From positions 12,551 through 76,550 of the forward strand of contig JBIICY010000006.1 in the NCBI GenBank assembly GCA_044238605.1: DNA of 64,000 bases. The letters are read 5' to 3'. Under the pieces are notes generated by a model. The model was not told where the DNA came from. It did no database searches and was given only the letters and a program-made list of their open reading frames with translations. Origin of the DNA: Patescibacteria group bacterium. Its GTDB lineage: Bacteria > Bacteroidota > Ignavibacteria > Kapaibacteriales > Kapaibacteriaceae. The translations under genes were made by a program, and so were the position numbers. Numbering within the stretch: position 1 is the first letter of the stretch; each line of letters begins with the position of its first letter. Positions 48,406-57,407 of the stretch are shown piece by piece.

Positions 48406-50781
48406 ATGCTGCGTCCACTTACCATAACAGCACTACTTGTGTTGTCCGCTCTGCAGGCTGTTTCTAGCCAGGAGCTGGCACTAGTGCTAACGGGAGGTGG
48501 AGCTCGCTGCATCACCCAGGTTGGAGTTCTTAAGGTTCTCGAGCGTGAAGGTATCGTTCCGGATATGATCATTGGATCATCATTCGGGGGAATTGTCGGC
48601 GGTCTCTACTGTGCAGGATATTCTGCTGCGCAGATCGATTCGATCTTTCGCACCGTAGACTGGGAAGACTTAGCCTCGATTCGCGAGGCACCTCAGCGCA
48701 AGTATCAGTTTCTGCAGCAGAAGGTTCAAGGAGACAGAAGTCTTCTCACGCTGCGATTCAACAACTTCCAGTTCGTGCCCCCTACGGCAATCGGCGGCAA
48801 CACGCGCTTTTCTTACATGCTACAGCGAGTGCTATGGGAGAGTCCGTTCAACAATCAGACGGACTTCGACCAACTGACCCCTCGGCTGCGGGTGGTAGCA
48901 ACGAACCTTGCGAACGCACGTCCGTTTGTTCTGCGCTCTGGCAACCTCGCAACCGCCATTCGTGCCAGTGCAACATTTCCTCTGCGATACTCACCAGTGC
49001 GCTGGAGTGATTCTACGGTTCTGGTAGATGGCGGACTTGTCGCCAATATCCCTACAGAGATAGCGCGTCAATCAGGTAGTCACAAGATTATTCTTGTTAA
49101 CTCAACCAGCAGGCTTTCCTCACTAGAATCAATCAGCACGCCATGGGCCGTTGCAGATCAGTCATTGTCTGCTGCAATGATGCAGAAAGACTCTTCCCGC
49201 ATCGCACTGGCCGATGTGGTTATCGAGCCTCAGCTTGAGGAATGGAACACCTTTTCGTTCTCGAACATTGATTCTCTCATTCGCATTGGAGAACAGGCTG
49301 CAGAAGCCGCGTTGCCGCAAATCCGGAAGATCGTCGGGGCAAGGTTGAGTAAGCTCATCGATCTGCGGTCTATTACGATCAGATCAACCGACAACGACGT
49401 TACACTTGCATCGTCGATAACTGGCGCCCTTCAGCAGTATGGAACCACCCTAACGGAGCGAGAGATACTTCGTAGAGTAACGCAGTTGATACACGATGCA
49501 GGATATGCGTTTGGATACGTTCGTTTCGAAGTAGGCTCTTCCGCTGCCAGCAGAAGCATCATGATCGACAAGGGGCTGATGCAGCAGCGCACATTTCTAC
49601 TTTCCGGAGGAAGCTCGTCTGTTACCCTCGCCCGTGAATCGGCATTCCCAGACAGTTCGAATTTTAGCGTTGATCGATTATCGCGAGCATGGCAAAATCT
49701 CCATGCTGCTGATGCACTGGCAGAATCTGACATCACTATATCACAGTTAGAATCTGGTGGTAACTCTGTTGACGTTACAGCTGTTGGAAATGGGAATCAG
49801 GCCCTGCGCCTTGGTGCCTGTGTTGATAATGAGCGCTACACCCAGGGCAGCATCGAGATTGCTCACAGCAACCTTTTTGTAACTGGCCTTACGTTGTCTG
49901 CTCGTGGTGTGTTGAGCGAACGAATCGGTTCGTTGAATGCAGGCTTTGACATCCCCCGTATTGCGGGGTCATTATGGACGGCCTCAATCCGCGGGTATAC
50001 GAGTTTCCGGAACGTATGGGCATATACAAACCGTCCAGGCAGACCAGGCACGCAGCGCATAGCGGAGTATTCTGAAGACCGCAATGGATTGCGTTTCAGT
50101 GCTGGGAGACAGTTAGAACGCAATGGTCTTGTCTCAGCAGAGCTTCGATATGAAAATCAACGATACCGCACACTGACAGACACATTCAAGGTTGCGTTCA
50201 AGCCCCTTGCAACGATTCGTGGTGCTGCTCGTTGGGACGATCGCGACAACCTCTCGTTTCCAACTTCGGGTCGTACGATAGACCTTTCGGCAGAATCATC
50301 AGTTCTATCGTTGTCTAACGGGCTAAGTTTTACAAAGCTTACAGCGAGTGCTCAGTCGGTATTCGATATTGGCTGGTGCACCGTTGTTCCCTCTGTGCTT
50401 ATTGGAGCAGCAGATAAAACACTGCCGTCTGCAGAGCTCTTTTCTATTGGCGGACAGGACATGTTCTTTGGTATGCGCGAAGACCAGCAGCGTGGACGTC
50501 AGATTGCTGTTGGTAACCTTGAAGTGCGCACACAGCTGCCATTCGACATCTTTTTCGACACCTATCTATCTGTGCGATACGACATAGGTGCAGTATGGGA
50601 AGTACCCGAGTATATCCGGATCGCAGATATGAATCATGGTCTCGGACTAACACTTAGTGTTGACACGCCTATCGGACCAGCAAAGCTCTCTGCAGGACGT
50701 GCTTTCGCCTTCCAGGAAAAGCCATACAAACTGCTTCTTGGGTCGCCCCTTGCATACTTTTCCATCGGTGTACGTCTATAA
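48406..50781 (+). CDS. Patatin-like phospholipase fused to a POTRA/Omp85-type beta-barrel (PlpD-like, type Vd secretion architecture)
   Basis: 791 aa with a signal peptide. The patatin oxyanion hole GGGARC and GxSxG (IGSSFGG) motifs are present. The C-terminal roughly 350 aa resemble a surface-antigen/BamA-like barrel and the terminal residue is aromatic/hydrophobic (…FSIGVRL). Confidence 0.8.
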   Translation: MLRPLTITALLVLSALQAVSSQELALVLTGGGARCITQVGVLKVLEREGIVPDMIIGSSFGGIVGGLYCAGYSAAQIDSIFRTVDWEDLASIREAPQRKYQFLQQKVQGDRSLLTLRFNNFQFVPPTAIGGNTRFSYMLQRVLWESPFNNQTDFDQLTPRLRVVATNLANARPFVLRSGNLATAIRASATFPLRYSPVRWSDSTVLVDGGLVANIPTEIARQSGSHKIILVNSTSRLSSLESISTPWAVADQSLSAAMMQKDSSRIALADVVIEPQLEEWNTFSFSNIDSLIRIGEQAAEAALPQIRKIVGARLSKLIDLRSITIRSTDNDVTLASSITGALQQYGTTLTEREILRRVTQLIHDAGYAFGYVRFEVGSSAASRSIMIDKGLMQQRTFLLSGGSSSVTLARESAFPDSSNFSVDRLSRAWQNLHAADALAESDITISQLESGGNSVDVTAVGNGNQALRLGACVDNERYTQGSIEIAHSNLFVTGLTLSARGVLSERIGSLNAGFDIPRIAGSLWTASIRGYTSFRNVWAYTNRPGRPGTQRIAEYSEDRNGLRFSAGRQLERNGLVSAELRYENQRYRTLTDTFKVAFKPLATIRGAARWDDRDNLSFPTSGRTIDLSAESSVLSLSNGLSFTKLTASAQSVFDIGWCTVVPSVLIGAADKTLPSAELFSIGGQDMFFGMREDQQRGRQIAVGNLEVRTQLPFDIFFDTYLSVRYDIGAVWEVPEYIRIADMNHGLGLTLSVDTPIGPAKLSAGRAFAFQEKPYKLLLGSPLAYFSIGVRL

Positions 50782-50789
50782 CGCCTACT

Positions 50790-51218
50790 ATGGGACAACT
50801 CTTTAACAGACTTCGCGATTTTGCCCGTTCGCAGATGCGTGCGTCAGACGCTGAACTTCGTTGGGCCGAGCGCACGATTGGTAATGATGATGATGAGCTT
50901 CGGCGTATCATCGATGAACTGCACAACGAGCACACACAGAATAGCCACTCGGAGAAGAACACTCAAAACAGGGAGTCAACGAAGCAGAAGACATCCCCAC
51001 AGCTGCCGAAGGAGATCGTCCAAGCCCACATGGTGCTGAACGTACCGGTTGGAGCTACGGTGGATGACATCAAAAAAGCCTACCGGACGCTCATTGCTAC
51101 GTGGCATCCTGATAGATTTGCATCTGCTACGGCAAAAGAGCAGCAGCAGGCACATGCACGAGCTCATGAGATCAATTCTGCCTACGTTGCTCTTCGAAAT
51201 CACTACGACTTTCGATAA
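50790..51218 (+). CDS. J-domain (DnaJ-like) protein
   Basis: 142 aa. The C-terminal J domain carries an HPD motif (…KKAYRTLIATWHPDRF…). Confidence 0.6.
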   Translation: MGQLFNRLRDFARSQMRASDAELRWAERTIGNDDDELRRIIDELHNEHTQNSHSEKNTQNRESTKQKTSPQLPKEIVQAHMVLNVPVGATVDDIKKAYRTLIATWHPDRFASATAKEQQQAHARAHEINSAYVALRNHYDFR

Positions 51219-51224
51219 TGGGCT

Positions 51225-52292
51225 ATGGAAAAGACACTCTTTCAAAAAATCATCGATCGCGAAATCCCCGCAACAATCGAGTACGAGGATGACCACGTCA
51301 TTGCGATTCGCGACATAGCCCCTTCGGCACCGGTGCATCTGCTCATCATTCCGAAAACTGTGATTACATCTATCGACGCACTGCGCGATCTAGATGCGGA
51401 ACTTGTTGGCAGGGTGTTTGCCGTGGCTCGAGACCTTGCCCGCAGATTCGGCATTTCACAAAACGGGTATCGCATCGTTACAAACTGCAATGAAGATGGC
51501 GGTCAAACTGTTTTTCATCTGCACTTCCATTTGCTAGGGGGCGAACCCCTCGGTCGAATGAACAGCAGTGCTAGCTCACATGTGCCAGTTGCCAACGCCG
51601 CAGCTGCACCTGTAAGTCAACCACGCGTTCAACCACGCATGCTGAGAGATATTGCCCTGTTCATGCTCATTTCAATAGGACTGGCTGTTGGATTCAATGC
51701 AATGAATCCAAAGGCTATCGCGTGGATCAAGCCACAGTTTGAACGTCAGACAGCCACACAAACAGACATCGACAAGTATCTCCAAACAGCGCCTCCAGTG
51801 CCGCAGCGCGAGATTATCCAGCAGGCACCTACTGCTGGGACTCCTGCAGAGAACACTCTTGCAGCATCTTCAGCAGAAGTACCTTCACAAGCTCCTGCAT
51901 CCAAGCCCGCTGCTTCTCAACCATTACCTACAGCTGTAAAGACTGCTGAACCCGCATTCTCGCCAGAGCCGGGAGTTATACGAGAGATCACTTACGATAT
52001 GTTCGTGCGGCTGCTTGAAGGAACAAAGCAATATCTCATCGACGCTCGGGGGGCAGATAAGTTTGCGCAAGGCCACATCAACGGAGCTGTAAACTTTTAC
52101 GGCGGCGAAGTGCAGTCTCGCATACCCGACTTGCTAAGCAGCGTTCCACGCGACCGTGTTGTGTTGATCTATTGCGACGGTGGAGAGTGTGAGCTTTCTC
52201 ACCACGTAGCTGATGTTCTTAAGCAGTTTGGGTACGGACCGATTTTTATCTACACTGGCGGCTGGGCCGAGTGGACATCAAAACGTAAATAA
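51225..52292 (+). CDS. HIT-family hydrolase fused through a transmembrane helix and a Pro/Ala/Gln-rich linker to a C-terminal rhodanese-like domain
   Basis: The histidine triad is HLHFHLLGG. The rhodanese-like C-terminus reads …LIDARGADKFAQGHINGAVNFY…IYCDGGECE. Confidence 0.7.
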   Translation: MEKTLFQKIIDREIPATIEYEDDHVIAIRDIAPSAPVHLLIIPKTVITSIDALRDLDAELVGRVFAVARDLARRFGISQNGYRIVTNCNEDGGQTVFHLHFHLLGGEPLGRMNSSASSHVPVANAAAAPVSQPRVQPRMLRDIALFMLISIGLAVGFNAMNPKAIAWIKPQFERQTATQTDIDKYLQTAPPVPQREIIQQAPTAGTPAENTLAASSAEVPSQAPASKPAASQPLPTAVKTAEPAFSPEPGVIREITYDMFVRLLEGTKQYLIDARGADKFAQGHINGAVNFYGGEVQSRIPDLLSSVPRDRVVLIYCDGGECELSHHVADVLKQFGYGPIFIYTGGWAEWTSKRK

Positions 52293-52296
52293 CTGT

Positions 52297-53538
52297 ATGA
52301 TCCAAGCATCCCGTCAGCTACTTCGTCAGCTTGCCGTCCGTTTTGGCCTTATCGGCGAATCGCCGGCAATGGTGCAGGCGATGACGCGCCTGTTGCAGGT
52401 TGCCCCAACTGATCTCACCGTAATGATCACGGGTGAAACAGGAACGGGTAAAGAGGTCTTTGCACACGCAGTGCACGATCTGAGCACCCGCAAGAAGGGT
52501 CCGTTTGTAAGCGTCAACTGTGGTGCCATTCCCGAGACACTTCTCGAGAGCGAGCTGTTCGGTGCCGAAAAAGGGGCCTTCACGGGTTCGGTAGAACAGC
52601 GCAAGGGGTTCTTTGAAACAGCCCACCGCGGAACGATCTTTCTTGATGAAATCGGCGAGATGCCTATCGGAACACAGGTAAAGCTTCTCCGCATCCTTGA
52701 AAGTGGCGAATACTCGAGACTAGGTTCGTCGGACGTTCTCAAAGTTGACGTGCGTATTGTAGCAGCTACCAATCGCGACCTTGCGTATGAGGTGCGCCAA
52801 GGCCGCTTCCGTCAGGATCTCTACTTCCGCTTAAACAGTGTAAACATCCACCTGCCCCCTCTTCGTCAGCATATAGACGATATTGAGCCGCTGGTAGAGC
52901 ATTTTGCAAAACGTGTTGCCGACAAGAACATCCATGAGTACCACGGCATAGACAAGGATGCCCTCTCAATCCTTGAACAGCAGTCGTGGCCCGGCAACGT
53001 GCGTGAGTTGCGCAACATCATCGAAACAATGGTAACGCTTGAGCAAGGGGCGCGCATTACTGCCGATCTGGTTCGACGGTATCTCCCCGCGAGAGAACAG
53101 GAACAACCCGACCCATCATTCTCTAATGCCCTTGTGCGTATACCCGGCAGTAGTGGACCACAGAATGAACTCGATACACAGATGTTGTACCGCGCTCTCT
53201 TACAGCTTTCCACAGACGTCGCGGAAGTAAAATCTGTCCTACGCCACCTGCTAAGCATGTCCGTAGATGTTCACCATGATGCTCCGGCTGCATCCCATAT
53301 GCCCGCTCCGCATCATGCGTCCTCCAACACAGACGTCGTAGCCATTCACCCTCTCCACCCTGTTGGTACAACAATCTCCGACGCCAGCGACGACGAGTTA
53401 AATCTTGCCTCTATCGAACGCAGGGCTATCGAAACAGCTCTACGTCGCACGCAGGGTAACCGACGAGAATCAGCCCGCATGCTCGGCATCAGCGAACGCA
53501 CGCTGTATCGTAAGATCGATGAGTATGGGTTGCAGTAG
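52297..53538 (+). CDS. Sigma-54-dependent transcriptional activator (AAA+ domain and C-terminal HTH) with no receiver or sensor domain
   Basis: The start is at MIQASRQLL. Walker A is GETGTGKE and the GAFTGS loop is present. The C-terminal HTH reads …SARMLGISERTLYRKIDEYGL. A His/Pro-rich linker precedes the HTH. Confidence 0.85.
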   Translation: MIQASRQLLRQLAVRFGLIGESPAMVQAMTRLLQVAPTDLTVMITGETGTGKEVFAHAVHDLSTRKKGPFVSVNCGAIPETLLESELFGAEKGAFTGSVEQRKGFFETAHRGTIFLDEIGEMPIGTQVKLLRILESGEYSRLGSSDVLKVDVRIVAATNRDLAYEVRQGRFRQDLYFRLNSVNIHLPPLRQHIDDIEPLVEHFAKRVADKNIHEYHGIDKDALSILEQQSWPGNVRELRNIIETMVTLEQGARITADLVRRYLPAREQEQPDPSFSNALVRIPGSSGPQNELDTQMLYRALLQLSTDVAEVKSVLRHLLSMSVDVHHDAPAASHMPAPHHASSNTDVVAIHPLHPVGTTISDASDDELNLASIERRAIETALRRTQGNRRESARMLGISERTLYRKIDEYGLQ

Positions 53539-53539
53539 G

Positions 53540-53680
53540 AGGGACTAGGTACTGGGTACTGATTACTGGGTACTGGGTACTGATTACTGGGTACTGGGTA
53601 CTGATTACTGATTACTGGGTACGATGATCTTGGTAATCCGTAATCCGTAATCCGTAATCCGTACTTCGTACTTTGTAATT
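53540..53680. repeat. Heptanucleotide tandem-repeat array of about 20 units: 3 x (GGTACTG GGTACTG ATTACTG), then (GTAATCC)x4 and degenerate GTACTTC/GTAATTA/GTACTTG/GTCATTG units
   Basis: Read directly from the sequence. It lies between two convergent gene ends, and the last units overlap the C-terminal codons of the 53679-54464 ORF. Confidence 0.85.
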
Positions 53681-54464
53681 AGTACTTGGTCATTGGCTTC
53701 ACAATCATCGGTTTTGCCGGTGCGGCATCTCCATCGAACGGGGCTACGTTGAACACCACGAGGTAGCGTCCGTCTGGGGTGGAGTTTGGAATGTAGACGA
53801 GTTCTGTGATCGTACAGTCGAGGCGAGGGTTATCAGGCCATTGCCAGAAGCGATGATGGGCAACAAGAGCCCCTTGATCCTCTTCTCGGTCAACAGATGG
53901 CATATCGACCATCAGATGGCGGATACCGTGCTCAACGATCAGGTTCATCGCATCGATGTGGAGATAAGGAGGATTGTTGCCTGACCACATCTGTTCTCGC
54001 TTTGCGCTGTCGTTCGGCAAAGTGCGGATGATCAATGTTGTTACATCGTAATTCTTCCACGCATGCAGAAGATCGTCGGCAGTAACAACGGCATCTTCAC
54101 CAATATGAGAAGGTGTTACCGTTACGAGCTCTGCTTCATCAACAAGGTTGGTCATCAACTCTGTTACATTGTACCCGATACCGGCAATGTGTCCAACGCA
54201 CTCAGTGTGCGTGCCGTTTCCATGCGGAGCAACGGTGATTACCTCGCAGCGTACAGGCCCACCTTGTTCGATGCTGCCAACAAACTCTCCTGCGCGGAAC
54301 GGCACGAACGACGCAGGCGGTAAATAGAATGCATTCGGTGCGTGCACGGGGTTTACATGCAGTGAAATGTCTATTGCCGTTGAAAGGTCGTACCTGCGGT
54401 TGCCAACGGATACTACAAATTGCGGTTCGGTTGCTGCCATGCACAAAGTTCCCAGCTGGGGCAT
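53679..54464 (-). CDS. Cyclase-family protein (kynurenine formamidase-like, PF04199-type)
   Basis: HGNGTHTECVGHI matches the cyclase-family HxGTHxDxPxH-like metal motif. The start is set at an internal Met (54464 or 54440) so as not to overlap the divergent ssb gene. Confidence 0.6.
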   Translation of the reverse strand: MPQLGTLCMAATEPQFVVSVGNRRYDLSTAIDISLHVNPVHAPNAFYLPPASFVPFRAGEFVGSIEQGGPVRCEVITVAPHGNGTHTECVGHIAGIGYNVTELMTNLVDEAELVTVTPSHIGEDAVVTADDLLHAWKNYDVTTLIIRTLPNDSAKREQMWSGNNPPYLHIDAMNLIVEHGIRHLMVDMPSVDREEDQGALVAHHRFWQWPDNPRLDCTITELVYIPNSTPDGRYLVVFNVAPFDGDAAPAKPMIVKPMTKY

Positions 54465-54596
54465 CGGTTTCCAAACGATGTCACGTTTTGCAGGAAAATC
54501 GGCACATAGGCATACAGGCCGGTGTATTGCTTGGTATATTCGAGCCAATCGTACTACCGGACAAATCGTCCACAGGTTTATGTAGTGAGGTGATGA

Positions 54597-55010
54597 ATGT
54601 CTCGTACACTGAATAAGGTTATGCTCATCGGCAACGTTGGCAAGGACCCGGAGGTACACTTTACGCCGAGCGGCGTCAAGGTTGCTCAACTGCGACTGGC
54701 AACATCGGAAACATGGAAAGACAAAGATGGCGCAGTGCAGGAACACACAGACTGGCACACAATCATAGCATGGAGGGGGCTCGCAGATGTTGTAGAGCGT
54801 CTCGTGCGCCGCGGAAGCCGGCTCTATGTCGAGGGCAAGATCCAGTCACGGTCGTTTGATGATCGCGATGGCAATAAGAAGTACGTAACAGAGATCATTG
54901 CAGATAGCCTTTTGGTACTCGATGCTAAACGTCAGGATCAACCAGCCAACACGAATGAGACTGAACAGTCGTTACATACGTCTTCTGGCACTGACGTAAT
55001 CCCATTCTGA
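54597..55010 (+). CDS. ssb: Single-stranded DNA-binding protein
   Basis: 137 aa with an OB fold (MSRTLNKVMLIGNVGKDPEVHFTPSG…TDWHTIIAWR). The acidic C-terminal tail ends in DVIPF. Confidence 0.9.
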   Translation: MSRTLNKVMLIGNVGKDPEVHFTPSGVKVAQLRLATSETWKDKDGAVQEHTDWHTIIAWRGLADVVERLVRRGSRLYVEGKIQSRSFDDRDGNKKYVTEIIADSLLVLDAKRQDQPANTNETEQSLHTSSGTDVIPF

Positions 55011-55029
55011 TTTTTTTGGAGTCGATCGC

Positions 55030-55974
55030 TTGGACGTTTCACGGAAGACTGAGATTCGAGTCGGTATTGTAAGTATCTCGGCAATCTTGCTGCTGCTTAT
55101 CGGCATTATGCTGGGTAAAGGAATTAGTTGGTCTTCAAATCAGCATGAGGTTCGTTTTCGACTGGCTTCGTCCGGCGGACTTGAGCCGGGCAGCCCCATC
55201 GTTGTACATGGCGTAAAACGCGGACAGGTTGTAAGCGTCACGAATCACAACGGCGGTGTTCTTGTTGTTGGACAGTTGGATGATATCTCTGATCTGCACA
55301 GCGATGCTTCGGCAGTCGTATCGATCCTCGAGATCACCGGTGGAAAAAAGATCGAGGTTGCTCCAGGTTTCCAGACCTCGGCTTTTGATCCCAACAAAGA
55401 TATTCCTGGTGTAGTCGCCGCAGACATAGGTAGTCTCGTTACCTCCCTCGGAGACGTAAGTGATAATGCCATAGCCCTGGTGAAGAGATTAGATACGCTT
55501 AGTGCCGCACTCGCAGATCTGGCCAGAGACGGAACGTTTATCAACAATGTAAAGACCCTTGCCTCCGACGGGGCAATGCTGGTAACCGATGCACGCATGT
55601 GGATGCAGGCAAACAAGTCGGATCTTACGGCTATGGTGAAGGACCTTCGGCAGATTTCATCGACTCTTCGCAAAACACTCGATAAGAACGAGCCAAAGAT
55701 TTCCGAACTGATCGATCATCTGGAAAAGACACTCTCAACGTTTGACAAGACACTGACAAAGGCAGACGCTGCCTTTATCTCAGTAGATAGTCTCGTTGTA
55801 GAAGTAAACACCGTGATAACTGAAGTGAAAGCGAACAAGGGACTGCTCAATCGCATCATCTATGATGAAGGTCTCTCTTCCCAGCTTGATTCATCACTGG
55901 CCGTACTTAAGAGCATCCTTCAACAATTCCAGCGCGACGGCGTCAACGTCAATGTTGGTCTTGGACACAAATAA
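55030..55974 (+). CDS. MlaD/MCE-family protein
   Basis: 314 aa. An N-terminal transmembrane helix is followed by an MCE domain (…VRFRLASSGGLEPGSPIVVHGVKRGQV…). Confidence 0.7.
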   Translation: MDVSRKTEIRVGIVSISAILLLLIGIMLGKGISWSSNQHEVRFRLASSGGLEPGSPIVVHGVKRGQVVSVTNHNGGVLVVGQLDDISDLHSDASAVVSILEITGGKKIEVAPGFQTSAFDPNKDIPGVVAADIGSLVTSLGDVSDNAIALVKRLDTLSAALADLARDGTFINNVKTLASDGAMLVTDARMWMQANKSDLTAMVKDLRQISSTLRKTLDKNEPKISELIDHLEKTLSTFDKTLTKADAAFISVDSLVVEVNTVITEVKANKGLLNRIIYDEGLSSQLDSSLAVLKSILQQFQRDGVNVNVGLGHK

Positions 55975-55989
55975 CAGGCCCCTTTCCGA

Positions 55990-57399
55990 ATGAAGCTGTG
56001 GCAGCTCTTGTTGCTTACGCTGCTCTTAGCAGCGTGTTCGTCGACGCGTCGCATAGATCAGTCTTTTGATCTGCGTGATGACTCCGAGAAGTCCGTCGAA
56101 TTTCGCGCAACGTCCACAAAGCATATTGATTCGGTTAATCTTGCAGCACTTCGTACAGACGTCTGGAAGTTGGAACATTATGCCTACCCCGACTCTATCC
56201 GGTTGTTCGTGCGCGTTCTCGACACCACAGGCTTTGTCGTTACACACATGGCAGAACCCTATAAGTCTGCCAGTGCTCCCGACTACTTCCCTCGTTTGAT
56301 GGAACGTCTTGGCGAGCGGCGTCGCGTTCGCGATTCAGCCGTCCGCAACTTCCGCGTCCGAGAGATCGGCGAGCTAGATTCCATTCCAGCCAACATCGCG
56401 TTAGCTATCGATTGCTCGGGTTCGATGAAGGGGGCTAAACCAACGCTAGATCTCGGGACGGAATTGTTCATCGGGATGAAGCGGAAGTGCGATAACATCT
56501 CGCTTGTGGGGTACCATAAGGTTATCACAGAAGTGTTTCCCCTCTCGGGAGATACCACGGCAATGCTGCGTGAGTTCAGATCGTTTAAGAAGAGATCACA
56601 GGGGCTCTTTACGGCCACGTTCGACGGTATCATGAAGTCTCTTCAGACACTCAAAGACGTGCCGCTGGATCAACCTAAGGTTTGCGTGGTGTTTGCCGAT
56701 GGCGATGAGAATACGTCCAGTGTGCGTCTGAGCGACGTGTACGAGTATGCTACTCGGCACAACATCTCGATCTACTGCGTCGGCTTTGGCTATGCAAATG
56801 ATCAGGCTCTGCAGGATTTGTCGCTCTACACGGGCGGCAAGTACTACCGCGCATACACCAAGGCAGATCTGCTTGCCATATTCCTCGACATCTATAACAG
56901 TCTTCGCAACTACTATCTCGTGTCCTACGTGCCCCCTCGATATGAGGGAATTCACAATATCTATCTAACGGTTGATGTACCTGGACGCGACACCATGGTT
57001 GCCCGCGGAACGTATGACAAGACTCCGCTGAACCCGCTTGCCGACACGAACGAGTTTTCAAAACGCATTCTCTTTGCATACGACGAAAGCATCATCGATA
57101 CGTCATCGTACATCATCATTGATGAACTGGCAGATGCATTGCTGCGCTTTGATCGGGTTGTTCTCGAAATTCAGGGGCACGCTTCACGAAGCGGTCCAGA
57201 CGATAACCGCGTAGACTACAACATGACCCTTTCCCAGAGGCGTGCAGAGTCAGTTAAGCAGGCACTCGTTGATCGAGGCGTGCAGGCATTTCGACTCAAG
57301 ACACGGGGCTTTGGTTTTTCGATGCCCGTTGTACCGAATGACTCCGAAACAAACCGGGCACTCAACAGGCGCACGGTGTTTCGGATCCTGCGTCAGTAA
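55990..57399 (+). CDS. Lipoprotein with a von Willebrand factor A domain and a C-terminal OmpA-like peptidoglycan-binding domain
   Basis: The lipobox is LAACSS. The vWA MIDAS motif is DCSGSM. The OmpA-like C-terminus reads …NRALNRRTVFRIL. Confidence 0.8.
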   Translation: MKLWQLLLLTLLLAACSSTRRIDQSFDLRDDSEKSVEFRATSTKHIDSVNLAALRTDVWKLEHYAYPDSIRLFVRVLDTTGFVVTHMAEPYKSASAPDYFPRLMERLGERRRVRDSAVRNFRVREIGELDSIPANIALAIDCSGSMKGAKPTLDLGTELFIGMKRKCDNISLVGYHKVITEVFPLSGDTTAMLREFRSFKKRSQGLFTATFDGIMKSLQTLKDVPLDQPKVCVVFADGDENTSSVRLSDVYEYATRHNISIYCVGFGYANDQALQDLSLYTGGKYYRAYTKADLLAIFLDIYNSLRNYYLVSYVPPRYEGIHNIYLTVDVPGRDTMVARGTYDKTPLNPLADTNEFSKRILFAYDESIIDTSSYIIIDELADALLRFDRVVLEIQGHASRSGPDDNRVDYNMTLSQRRAESVKQALVDRGVQAFRLKTRGFGFSMPVVPNDSETNRALNRRTVFRILRQ

Positions 57400-57407
57400 C
57401 AGATCTG

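Noticed and set aside
53540-53680. Possibility that the repeat arrays are CRISPR arrays
   Set aside because: The units are 7 nt and contiguous, with no unique spacers and no cas genes nearby. They are microsatellite-like tandem repeats.
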